A stretch of DNA of 53,170 nucleotides from an uncultured Bacteroidota bacterium (lineage in GTDB: Bacteria; Bacteroidota; Bacteroidia; Chitinophagales; Saprospiraceae). Positions 18,972-28,170 of this stretch are shown here, piece after piece. The stretch lies in contig CALEIL010000072.1 of NCBI GenBank assembly GCA_937876435.1, forward strand, positions 1 to 53,170. Reading direction: 5' to 3'. The position numbers and the translations under genes are program-made. Under the pieces are notes generated by a model. That model made no database searches. It worked only from the letters and a program-made list of their open reading frames with translations, and had not been told where the DNA came from. Positions within the stretch are counted from its first letter, which is position 1, and each line of letters opens with the position of its first letter.

Positions 18972-21080
18972 TTAAAGGATTTCTGCCAGGGCTTCTTTTA
19001 CTGCAGTATCGGCGGATTCGGTGATTTTTCCGATTCTTGCCTTTACTTTGTCCGTCAGGGTGGTTTCTCCCCGCTTCAAACCAGCTGCCAGGCCTTTCCA
19101 GATGGAGGCCTGATTATCTGCCGGAATCCGCTCAAATTCATTCACCAATGCCAGCAAGGACGATTCGTCGTTCCGTGCGGCAGTAATATATGTAAAATCG
19201 TGGAGGAGTTTTTGTTTATCCCCATCCCAGGATTCAAAGAATGATGTCTTACCGTCCAGATACTTCATTAGCGCCATCGACGACCCCGGTTCTGAACTGA
19301 GGACCGCCATTCTCATCCAGTGGTCTTTGTAGTTCTTATTCAAAATATCGCCTAATGCGGGGATCACCTGATCCGAAGTAAAATTCCCCAGGCTGAGTGC
19401 GGTTTGCATCACTACCCGGGCCGAAGGGTCATCTTTGAGCCGGATCACGTCCGCGAGGAGTTCGGGGAAGTTTTCCGCCAATTGGAGCGCGTGTTCCCGC
19501 AATCCGGGCTCGGGAGACTGGAGAGCCGTCCGGACATGAGCGGCGTTTAACCCACCGAGTCCATCGATCAGATACAGCGCGTGCAACTGAACGACCGGGT
19601 CCGAATTGGACCGGAATATTTCTTCCACGGAAGGAATGATCGAAGGATCGCCCATCTGAAGTAACATCCGCTGAGCTTGTAACCGGTACCATTTGTTGGA
19701 ACGCGTCAACCAATCCAGATATTCACCGACCGAATGTTCACCCTGTATTTCCGCCAATGACAACGCATCGCTGCCCTTGGGAACGATCCGGTAGATTCGC
19801 CCCATGTCAGATCCGGCCATAAAGTCCATATCTTCCATGAGATCTTCCGGGATAGAAAGCGGGGTTTCGATGTGCTGACGATAATAATCTACCATGTACA
19901 AGGCGCCATCGGGGCCGACCGTAAAATTGGTTGGCCGGAACCACATATCGGTTGACGCCAGAAACTCGCTTTCCTGCTCATTGCCCGCTCTGCTCGCGGT
20001 ATATACCACCTGACCGGGTTTGGTCACGAGAACATCCTGGTGCACCAGTCCACCCATGACTTCCCCCGTAAAGATAGAATGATCAAATTCTTTGGGAAAT
20101 AAACCCCCACCGTAAAATGTTCCGCCGGAAGCGCCGGTGAAATGGTTGTCCACGTGCTCGATCCGGTCCAGTCCCTGCTCGTCGTATGCTTTCTGCCGGC
20201 GTGCGGACCTTTCCTTCCTCCAATAGGGTGCTTCGGTCAACTGATACATCCGCAGATCGTGATCCGAAATATTGACCATCGCTCTGGTGGCAGGCAGGTA
20301 TGGGTGGCGGTGGGTATATCTCCACGGCATGACCATTTGCTGGATGTGGATCGTATTTTGCGTCACAAAACGATGTCCAAAATTGTCGAAGGCATGGCCA
20401 AACTGACCTGGACCGGTCTCCTGCTCAAACTCTTCGGTATCCAACCGAAACCTAAAATCTCCACCTGCCACGGACAGGGGCTCAGAATCCGGTTTTCGGG
20501 TAAACTGAACCTGACCTTGTTGCCCATGATTGGATGCATAAATCCAATTGTCCACGTTAAATCGCAGATTGGTGATCTGGGCTTCCTGATTGTTTTGAAA
20601 AAAGCCGGAGAAAAGAATCTCCTTTTCATCCGCCTGGCCATCGCCATCGGTATCTTTCATATACCAGATATTGGGAGCGGCTGTCACCAAAAGTCCGTCT
20701 TTCCAGGGAAATACGCTGGTAGCATCCGTAATCTGATCGGCAAAAATCACAAAATCTTCCATCACCCCGTCACCATCTGCATCGATGAGTTTTTTGATCC
20801 GCCCTGCTCCCGGTCCGGTTTCGGGTTTGAAAGGGTAGTCGGGCATTTCAACCACGTATACATCGCCCTTTTCATCAAAAATCATCGAAACCGGATCCTG
20901 TACGACCGGCTCAGACGCAAACAACTGAATCTCAAAACGATCATCCAATTGCATTTCGGCCAATGACTCCTGCGGAGTTTTGGAATCAGGATATTTCGGT
21001 TCACTGCACGAAAAGATAGTCAGCGTGACCAAAAACACCGCGCCAAATACAAGAAATGAAATATTCAGAAATTTTTTCAT
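18972..21080 (-). CDS. PVC-type membrane-bound dehydrogenase-like lipoprotein (beta-propeller plus HEAT repeats), no cytochrome c domain
   Basis: Lipobox IFSC; FASEP..DPV, EMPDYP, DMWFRP, GPDGALY..D.Y...IE and GRIYR motifs; no CxxCH in 702 aa. Confidence 0.8.
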   Translation of the reverse strand: MKKFLNISFLVFGAVFLVTLTIFSCSEPKYPDSKTPQESLAEMQLDDRFEIQLFASEPVVQDPVSMIFDEKGDVYVVEMPDYPFKPETGPGAGRIKKLIDADGDGVMEDFVIFADQITDATSVFPWKDGLLVTAAPNIWYMKDTDGDGQADEKEILFSGFFQNNQEAQITNLRFNVDNWIYASNHGQQGQVQFTRKPDSEPLSVAGGDFRFRLDTEEFEQETGPGQFGHAFDNFGHRFVTQNTIHIQQMVMPWRYTHRHPYLPATRAMVNISDHDLRMYQLTEAPYWRKERSARRQKAYDEQGLDRIEHVDNHFTGASGGTFYGGGLFPKEFDHSIFTGEVMGGLVHQDVLVTKPGQVVYTASRAGNEQESEFLASTDMWFRPTNFTVGPDGALYMVDYYRQHIETPLSIPEDLMEDMDFMAGSDMGRIYRIVPKGSDALSLAEIQGEHSVGEYLDWLTRSNKWYRLQAQRMLLQMGDPSIIPSVEEIFRSNSDPVVQLHALYLIDGLGGLNAAHVRTALQSPEPGLREHALQLAENFPELLADVIRLKDDPSARVVMQTALSLGNFTSDQVIPALGDILNKNYKDHWMRMAVLSSEPGSSMALMKYLDGKTSFFESWDGDKQKLLHDFTYITAARNDESSLLALVNEFERIPADNQASIWKGLAAGLKRGETTLTDKVKARIGKITESADTAVKEALAEIL

Positions 21081-21099
21081 CGAGTAATAATTGAATTAG

Positions 21100-21936
21100 T
21101 TAGTAAGTATTTTGAGTTAACCAGGCGATTGCCTGATTTAGTATTTTAACATTGTCGCTATTTTCAAAATCAGCAGGATGCCCTACCGAGGAATAGAACA
21201 CCTGGCCACCGTATTGATTTTCCCAAAGCCAGGCTACGGGTTCATCGAGCCCCTCGCTTTCTACGGTGCCCCGGAGCAGAACCGTCGCGTCATCATCCAG
21301 CGAATTGCCCACCTTGTACACGTTCCCTATCGAATGCCAGTACGATTCCTCGATCCCCTGCAAAATGGGATGACTGGCCTGAGATGAAACCACCGATATG
21401 TTGGTTCCTGGTTCTACCGGGCCATAACCTTCATTGGAACTACCCAGGACGTCGGGCACGAAATCCCACCAATCCGTATAACCCGGTGGAATGGTGTCGC
21501 CTCTCACTGAAAAAGCATGATTGGCTGTCCGGATACCCATGACTGGTTTGCCCTGTTTTATGTATTGTTTGATCTGTTTCATCTGAGCTTCCGGCAGGGC
21601 CAGTCTTCGGCAGAATACCACCAATAGATCGGCCTCCCGGAGGATAGATAAGTCCGGGAATCGATAAGCTTCCCGGGGACCTTCCCCCATGAGAACGTGG
21701 GTAGTGAATTGGAAATTATCTTCGAGTTGCCGGGCAAAAACCGGAATGGTTTTGTCCGCTTCGTAATTGTCCGGATCATCGGTAATCAAAAACACGATAT
21801 CCCTGACGTTTGATTCATCGGACCGGTCAGGTCCTTTACATGCGCCTGTCAATGCCCAAATGACCCCAAACAGGACCAGGGGGAAGACGAACTGGTGCTT
21901 TTGTATATTCAAAACCCGGTGGTTGGAAAAAGTCAT
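21100..21936 (-). CDS. ThuA-like (trehalose utilisation, GATase-like) domain lipoprotein
   Basis: Lipobox LTGAC; ADLLV..RR, GKPVMGIRTANHAF, HPIL, EPVAW and VFYSSVGH motifs. Confidence 0.78.
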   Translation of the reverse strand: MTFSNHRVLNIQKHQFVFPLVLFGVIWALTGACKGPDRSDESNVRDIVFLITDDPDNYEADKTIPVFARQLEDNFQFTTHVLMGEGPREAYRFPDLSILREADLLVVFCRRLALPEAQMKQIKQYIKQGKPVMGIRTANHAFSVRGDTIPPGYTDWWDFVPDVLGSSNEGYGPVEPGTNISVVSSQASHPILQGIEESYWHSIGNVYKVGNSLDDDATVLLRGTVESEGLDEPVAWLWENQYGGQVFYSSVGHPADFENSDNVKILNQAIAWLTQNTY

Positions 21937-21941
21937 ATCGT

Positions 21942-23369
21942 TTACCTTTCTGAATGCAATTTATCGAGTAAGCCTATAGCAGTATTGACCATGATACCTC
22001 CGGCCTGATCAGATCCGAGGTTGGCTCGTTCCCCGGTTTCGTAGCCTCCGTGGGCTTTCTCCCCGGGCATGCCGCAATAATGTCCGCCGTTTCCATTGGA
22101 ATACCCCAGAACGATGGTTTGAGGAAACGAAGAATCTTTCTGGATGGCCTGATTCAACTCCGTCATCGGTTCACCGGGTAAAGTGACCAGTGCTACCGAT
22201 CCGATGGTGATCGCCATGATTTCGGCATCTATGTTCTCCAGACCGGTTCTTTCCTGGCCGTAATCCGTCAATGGCAAACCCACCACTGCCCGGTCGGTTC
22301 TGATCGAATCAGAAATCAGCCTGGCGCTGTACTCGTACGTGGTGAGAATATCGTGGGTGAGGCCTTCTGCCATTTCCTGTACCGCCTCCTCTCCCCGCTT
22401 CCAGGGGTTCACATTTCCGGCATTCCCCTGCAGGAACATATTTTCACCCTCCAGTGAAAGGGCCAATTCGCGCGAAACGGCTCCGGGCCAATCTCCCGAA
22501 ATACCATCGAGATAAGGATAAATGGACACCGCGTGGCAGGCCATTTGAAAAATGGTTCCGATATTTTTACCAGCAGAGTTTCGGAATGATAAAACCGTCA
22601 TTGCCCGGTCCAGCGGACCAAATGTGCGGTCTCCGCTCAGTACCCGAGGGTCCCAATCCTCGTGCAGGTAATTGAATTTTTCAGGAAGGTTGGACTGGGC
22701 CACTCCTTCTCTGACCGGACGGGGTCTTCTGTTCCGGATAAACCGGGACACGTCGTACCGGCCAATCCACATGGTAGCAGGGCTGAGTTCCCTGTTGGCT
22801 TCCTCCACGGCAGCCAGTGACTGCACCAGGAGTTTCTCCCGCCATTCCTGAAACGCCGGATCGTCGTCCTGAGCTTCCATATAACGGTCTACCCACCATG
22901 GATACCGTTCCTTGCCCCGCTGACTGTCGTCCCCGTATACGGGGCACCAGGGCGCTGAATGGTTGTGCGCTGCGTTGACTAAAATATTTTGCGGAGAAAT
23001 GTTCAGACTGCTGGCCACCCGCTGCCGGATATTATCCCGGGCGGATTCTCCGACGTCCACCAGTTCCCAGTGGAGTATCACCACTTTTTCCACGCCGTCA
23101 CTCAAGACCAGTGCCCGGGCAAAAATGGGATCGTGCACTTCACCGTATGCCTCCCCGGTCACCCAGTTTTTTACATCCGTCGATGGCGTTATGTCCGCGT
23201 GAGCTGCTCCAGCGTATAGCTGGACCATTTCCCCTTCGGCTTGTGCTTCCTGGGAAAACAACTGCCCCGTGGCCAGGAGGATCATTATGCAAGCCCACAA
23301 TCTTCCCAATATCCTGGATTTTGACCGGGCCATTCCGACCGATGGAGGTATTTTCGTACACATGTTCAT
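21942..23369 (-). CDS. Neutral/alkaline ceramidase-like metallo-amidohydrolase (paralogue 3)
   Basis: DITP, HDP, AHNHSAP, NRR, MACH, SGDWPG, LPGE and GGYE motifs. Confidence 0.75.
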   Translation of the reverse strand: MNMCTKIPPSVGMARSKSRILGRLWACIMILLATGQLFSQEAQAEGEMVQLYAGAAHADITPSTDVKNWVTGEAYGEVHDPIFARALVLSDGVEKVVILHWELVDVGESARDNIRQRVASSLNISPQNILVNAAHNHSAPWCPVYGDDSQRGKERYPWWVDRYMEAQDDDPAFQEWREKLLVQSLAAVEEANRELSPATMWIGRYDVSRFIRNRRPRPVREGVAQSNLPEKFNYLHEDWDPRVLSGDRTFGPLDRAMTVLSFRNSAGKNIGTIFQMACHAVSIYPYLDGISGDWPGAVSRELALSLEGENMFLQGNAGNVNPWKRGEEAVQEMAEGLTHDILTTYEYSARLISDSIRTDRAVVGLPLTDYGQERTGLENIDAEIMAITIGSVALVTLPGEPMTELNQAIQKDSSFPQTIVLGYSNGNGGHYCGMPGEKAHGGYETGERANLGSDQAGGIMVNTAIGLLDKLHSER

Positions 23370-23379
23370 TTATTTTAGA

Positions 23380-24537
23380 TTATTCCATTTCGTGTGGTGT
23401 AGGTATATGCATGAGCGCTTTATCCACAAACTCATACGCTTCCCGGCGGGTTTTCGTCGGAAAATCGTGCTCTGCGTCAGGATACCGAACCTGTAATTTT
23501 TCCTCTTCTCCGAAAAACCGGTATACATCCCACGCCTTTTCCATCCCCTCTTCGACCCCATGAACATCAAAATTGGAATCATTGACCGGTGAATTGGAAA
23601 AAAAAGCTCTCGGCGCCAGTAATGCAATCATTTCATGATAATCAACCGGTATCTTATCTCCGTCCAATTGGTATTTTTCCCTTATTGGCGGCATATACCG
23701 ATCCTGTGCCCAGGGGCCCAGCCTTCCACCGTATTGTTGGATTCCCACCGGGCCTATATCATAATAAGCCATTTGGGTCCATCCACAACTGGAGACCACC
23801 ACCTTCAACCGTTCATCGAAAGCTCCTGCAAATATCGCATTGTGCCCCCCCAGGGAATGCCCTATCACCCCTATCCGCTCAGGATCTACGTCAGTTCTTT
23901 GGTTCAGCAGATCCACGCATCGCATATGATAAAAAATAGCGGCCATGGTGCCTGAGGCGTACCGGTCATTTTCAAAATCATACTCTGCTAGTTCTCCAAA
24001 ACTGGGATAATCCGGTGCAATTACCACGTATCCCCGTTTGGCCAGCTCCATGGCGTAGCCTCTATTTTCCTTACCCTGACCGTCGACGATTTCTTTGCCA
24101 ATGGCACCCGTAGGATGCAAGGCCAGGATCGCAGGCGACCGGCCCGAAAAAGCACTCCGATGTGGAAGGTACAGATAAGCCGGCACTCTTTCGCCTTCGG
24201 CTGCCAGAAAATCAATATGCAATCTCAGGTAGCTCTCCGTTTGCAGGGAATCCTTGATTCTGATATCCAGATCAGGCAGGTTTTGGCGATCGGGAAGAGG
24301 GCCCATGATGGCTTCCATGTTTTGTTTGAGCTTACTTCGGTGCACCTCCCATTCGGCTATATCCGAAATCTGGACATCCCGGTGGGTTTCACTGGAATAT
24401 ATTGAAAATTTGCCAGAGGTTTGGCCGTGCGTATGGCCGCTGAAAGTTAAGCTCAGGCAGAATACTGCTACAAATAAGTGGATTCTTCCTGTTGAAAAAT
24501 TCTCCAAAAGCGCGCACTTTTTGAATTGCAAGATCAT
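23380..24537 (-). CDS. Secreted alpha/beta hydrolase (dienelactone-hydrolase/esterase-like)
   Basis: GHSLGG nucleophile elbow, IAPDYPSFGE, LAPR and catalytic HDF. Confidence 0.82.
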   Translation of the reverse strand: MILQFKKCALLENFSTGRIHLFVAVFCLSLTFSGHTHGQTSGKFSIYSSETHRDVQISDIAEWEVHRSKLKQNMEAIMGPLPDRQNLPDLDIRIKDSLQTESYLRLHIDFLAAEGERVPAYLYLPHRSAFSGRSPAILALHPTGAIGKEIVDGQGKENRGYAMELAKRGYVVIAPDYPSFGELAEYDFENDRYASGTMAAIFYHMRCVDLLNQRTDVDPERIGVIGHSLGGHNAIFAGAFDERLKVVVSSCGWTQMAYYDIGPVGIQQYGGRLGPWAQDRYMPPIREKYQLDGDKIPVDYHEMIALLAPRAFFSNSPVNDSNFDVHGVEEGMEKAWDVYRFFGEEEKLQVRYPDAEHDFPTKTRREAYEFVDKALMHIPTPHEME

Positions 24538-24566
24538 CTACTTCCTTTTTAATGCGGTTTAAAACA

Positions 24567-24580
24567 CGGTAACGTTACCG
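24567..24580. promoter_or_regulatory. LacI/GalR-type palindromic operator CGGTAACGTTACCG (copy 2)
   Basis: Identical to the 5611 site (shared 17-mer CGGTAACGTTACCGAAT); 29 nt upstream of the 24537 start; overlaps minus-strand TATATTCG. Confidence 0.8.
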
Positions 24581-24721
24581 AATATAGTGATTTATTTAAA
24601 CCTGTAATAATTTTAGGGCCCACTTTTGAAAATTTCATCAAAAAAGCGCTAAATAAGCCGTTAAAATCTGAAAACCCCCGGGTTCAAGGTCCTCGTCCGG
24701 GATTTACTTCATACATTGACT

Positions 24722-27091
24722 TTATCTATCCCCCAGCCAATCGATAACGTTTTTTCTCATATCATCCGAAAACCGGTTGTAATCATCGGGAGACTGCAAA
24801 TCAATCCGCGCGTCTGCTCCCCACAATCGATATGCCTGGTTCGCTTTCCGGACCGCATACTCCACGCTCTCCGCATCGGCTGCCTGATCGAGTTGGGGGG
24901 AAATGATCAGCACAGGCCGGGGAGCGATGACGGCCAATACATCCTCGTAATCAAAAGGTATCCGTTCGGGGGTTTTCAGAAAAAATCCCAATCTGGGAAT
25001 CAATAGATGTTGTCCGGACAATTCATCGATGTGCAGTTCGCCCATATTCCCCGTGCGCATAGGTGTAAATCCACTGACGGATACCAGACCCGCGATCCTT
25101 TCATCCATCGCAGTAGCGTACAGCCCCACCGTACCCCCGAGAGAATACCCCGTGACGAAAATCCGGTCCGGATCGATTACGTCCATATGCGTCAGCGCAT
25201 CGACCGCTCCCCTGACATCCGTCACCATTTTACCCATTTTGGACCAATTCGCATACCGGTTGTAAAAATGAAGACCCTCCTCCTGACGGTTTCCAAAACC
25301 CACCATATCAAACGCGAACACCGCAAAACCACTCTCGACGAGCCCTTCGATATACTGATGGATGCTATGATTGAGAGTCATCGAAGCAAACCCCTTGGAG
25401 TAATCGTACTCGTGCAGGTAAATGACCACGGGTAAGTTCTCCTCCTGGCCAGCCATTTCACTGGGATAATACAGATAACCAAACAAATTATCTCCAAATC
25501 CATCATAGGGAGAAATAGCCTGACGGGCCATCCGGGAAGTGGCAGCCGGGCGACGGAGGACGCTGCCAAATTTCTCTTCCCCCTGGACGTGGTCGCTCAG
25601 CGTTCCCGGTCCGGGATTGGTGACACCGGGCGGTTGTTCCCCCAGGATCCAGTTTACCTTTTCCAATACATCATCTTTATAATCATGCCATTGTCTGATG
25701 GTCGTGACCGCTTGATCGTGTGGGTCTGTCAGATAAGGTCCGGTCTGATGTACCGGATAATCCGATGGATCGATCCGTTCTCCGCTCCTTTCCTGCCATC
25801 GGTCAAACGAAGGCACGTAGTGGAACTTCATCTCGGGGTGGGTGGAAGTCCGGTCAAAAACATAGTCAAAAAAATCGACGTATGCTTCGATATCTTCCGC
25901 GGTGGTCCCGTGCGTACCCTTCCGGTACCGAACCGTGATCCGGTCCTCTGCGGAGAGAAATCTATAAGTCTTCTGCGCCGACAAATAAGCTTTTTCGATC
26001 CCCCATGGATTACTGGCGACTTCTTCATAAGCGGTGCTGAGCATCAAGCCTCGCGGGGCAATCAATGCCATGAACGAATTCTGATCGACGGGCAGTTTCT
26101 GTTCCCGGCCGATGAAAAAACGGAGCCGCGGATGGAGCCAGGATGGCTGTGCCGGCCCCAGGAGGGCAATGTCCTCCACATCATACTGGTAAGCGCAATA
26201 CCGCCACGGAACCTCGGCCCCCGTTCCCCCGCTACTGGGTATGATGGCGGTAATCCGCTCGTCAAAAGCCGCTGCCATCAACGACTGCTTCCCATTGCGG
26301 GAATGACCTGTCAGCGCAATTTTATCGCGATCCACTTCCGGCAGCGTGTACAAATAATCAATCGCCCGGTAACTTCCCCAGGCGCGCCGCATCAAGCGTG
26401 TAAAATCGTATTCACCGGCCCAGATCCGGCTATAATCCTCCGTATCATCTTTGCTATCGGCTCCGGCGTATACGCATCCGATATATCCACGTCTGACCGC
26501 GATCTGTGCCCACCCACGGTGGTTCCATTGGGTCATAAATACCGGAAATGGTCCGTCTCCGGGAGGGATCATCAACTCCAGCGTTAACTTCGCCTGGTGA
26601 TCGGGCCCAAACCTCAACTCAACCATCCGAAGCTTGACCTCACCATCCATCCGCTCGCTGAGAATGGTGGACTCCATATTGGTAGGGGCCGGTGGAAAGG
26701 TACCCGTCACATATCGTTTTAACTGCTCCCTCATGAACTCTTTCTTTTTTTCCCATTGAGCAGTGGTTGTTATAGGTATATTCTGACCTCCTTCGTCCAG
26801 GATCAGTGGATCGGGAAGCCGGGGAATGGACGGCATTTGGGAGAAATCGGGGGGCAATTCTCCCGTCCGGTCCAACCAATCCCCGAACGTGGAGTCCAGG
26901 TAGGAAACGCGTCCGTATCCCGGCCTTTCGTCGGGGATCCACTTCAGGATTTGTTCCAGGTATGTTTGTCGACGATTTTGGGATCCCGTGGTATCCGGTG
27001 ATTGCGCCATAACCGGAATAGATATCATACACATAAAGGAAAATGATAAAGCTGGTCCGAAAAAAGGAATTTTAGATTTCATGGAAGCCAA
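24722..27091 (-). CDS. Two-domain esterase: CE15 glucuronoyl-esterase-like domain plus second alpha/beta hydrolase domain
   Basis: LPDPL, GHSRNGK (CE15-type nucleophile motif) and SGTG; second domain with GYSLGG; signal peptide. Confidence 0.75.
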   Translation of the reverse strand: MASMKSKIPFFGPALSFSFMCMISIPVMAQSPDTTGSQNRRQTYLEQILKWIPDERPGYGRVSYLDSTFGDWLDRTGELPPDFSQMPSIPRLPDPLILDEGGQNIPITTTAQWEKKKEFMREQLKRYVTGTFPPAPTNMESTILSERMDGEVKLRMVELRFGPDHQAKLTLELMIPPGDGPFPVFMTQWNHRGWAQIAVRRGYIGCVYAGADSKDDTEDYSRIWAGEYDFTRLMRRAWGSYRAIDYLYTLPEVDRDKIALTGHSRNGKQSLMAAAFDERITAIIPSSGGTGAEVPWRYCAYQYDVEDIALLGPAQPSWLHPRLRFFIGREQKLPVDQNSFMALIAPRGLMLSTAYEEVASNPWGIEKAYLSAQKTYRFLSAEDRITVRYRKGTHGTTAEDIEAYVDFFDYVFDRTSTHPEMKFHYVPSFDRWQERSGERIDPSDYPVHQTGPYLTDPHDQAVTTIRQWHDYKDDVLEKVNWILGEQPPGVTNPGPGTLSDHVQGEEKFGSVLRRPAATSRMARQAISPYDGFGDNLFGYLYYPSEMAGQEENLPVVIYLHEYDYSKGFASMTLNHSIHQYIEGLVESGFAVFAFDMVGFGNRQEEGLHFYNRYANWSKMGKMVTDVRGAVDALTHMDVIDPDRIFVTGYSLGGTVGLYATAMDERIAGLVSVSGFTPMRTGNMGELHIDELSGQHLLIPRLGFFLKTPERIPFDYEDVLAVIAPRPVLIISPQLDQAADAESVEYAVRKANQAYRLWGADARIDLQSPDDYNRFSDDMRKNVIDWLGDR

Positions 27092-27215
27092 TATAAATAA
27101 TCTGTGGAAAACACTTGCAATAAGTCACTTTCGGATAAAAATTAACGCAATCACCCCGCAACTGGATGAATTACGGTAGAATACGTGCTGTGACATGGAA
27201 CAGCTCTATATAACT

Positions 27216-27635
27216 TCAGATAGTTACATGATGAATCAAAAATTGTTGGGCCCCCAGAACAGGTATCTTCGAAAAGTAAAAATCCCCAGGATTTTCACTT
27301 ATTATAAATTGACAGCCGACACCAAGTGCAGCGTAATATTCCAGACCATCCTCAAAATCTTCAACTTCTTTATTCTCCAAAGCCTGTTGTACGGTTTCCA
27401 TATCTACACCCGCAATCCCCACATTCCTGCTAATGAGGTCAATTTTATACTTTGCTTTATTACGTCCGCTTTTTTTTTCCGCAAAATAATATGCAATAGC
27501 CAGGCAAATGGGTGAAGTGTACAAATGGATATGTTTGTATTCGGTCAGGCTCATTATTCGCGACGAATATGTGAATACCGGATACTCCTGGTTGAGTACC
27601 GACACCAAAATATTTGCATCAAGAAATATATTCAT
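27216..27635 (-). CDS. PIN-domain (VapC-like) toxin
   Basis: IFLDAN, DFEDGLEYYAA and ISENPGDF acidic PIN motifs; ATGA overlap with the upstream antitoxin. Confidence 0.88.
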   Translation of the reverse strand: MNIFLDANILVSVLNQEYPVFTYSSRIMSLTEYKHIHLYTSPICLAIAYYFAEKKSGRNKAKYKIDLISRNVGIAGVDMETVQQALENKEVEDFEDGLEYYAALGVGCQFIISENPGDFYFSKIPVLGAQQFLIHHVTI

Positions 27636-27889
27636 TTTTGGGATTGGAAAAATTCATCCTTCATGTCCTTACGACTGGTGGAACGAGTTTTATATTCTGC
27701 TCGTCCTTCGGCCACTTCCCGAACCCAGTCAGAAATGGGCATATCTTCCAATTGCCGGTAATGACCGGTCGTAATCTGATTGTACAGAAATTCTGTAAGC
27801 CGCGATAGACTGATGTTGTGTTCTGCTGCAAAAATTTTGGCTTTTTCTATAACCTTTTTGTCAAATGATAATGTGACTTTGGCATCCAT
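27632..27889 (-). CDS. DUF6364-type ribbon-helix-helix antitoxin
   Basis: MDAKVTLSFDKKVIEKAKIFAAEHNISLSRLTE; directly upstream of the PIN toxin. Confidence 0.82.
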   Translation of the reverse strand: MDAKVTLSFDKKVIEKAKIFAAEHNISLSRLTEFLYNQITTGHYRQLEDMPISDWVREVAEGRAEYKTRSTSRKDMKDEFFQSQK

Positions 27890-27976
27890 GATTTAGCGGT
27901 TTATAGTTTGTAATTTATCCCTCTTCGCTGAGCAACTTTGACCAGGCTCTTATATCTGATACGTCAAAAATAATAA

Positions 27977-27992
27977 TCTTATACGTATAAGA
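27977..27992. promoter_or_regulatory. Palindromic operator TCTTATACGTATAAGA, probable TA autoregulation site
   Basis: Perfect 16-bp palindrome 87 nt upstream of the antitoxin start. Confidence 0.6.
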
Positions 27993-28170
27993 CAAATTTC
28001 AAAAAATGATAGTTCTCGGTTTTACAATTTTTTTCACTCCAGATCCAATATCCAACAAATACCATCCGATATTGGAGGAAATCTGCGACTTACATGTTTG
28101 CAACTCCCTTCTAGCGCACATATTTTATTCACTGTTTTGCTACCTTCATCAGACTAAACTCAATCATACC

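Noticed and set aside
28006..28170. Extended N-terminus of the GH28-like ORF
   Set aside because: The lipoprotein signal fits a start at ATG 28171; the upstream stretch is probably promoter DNA.
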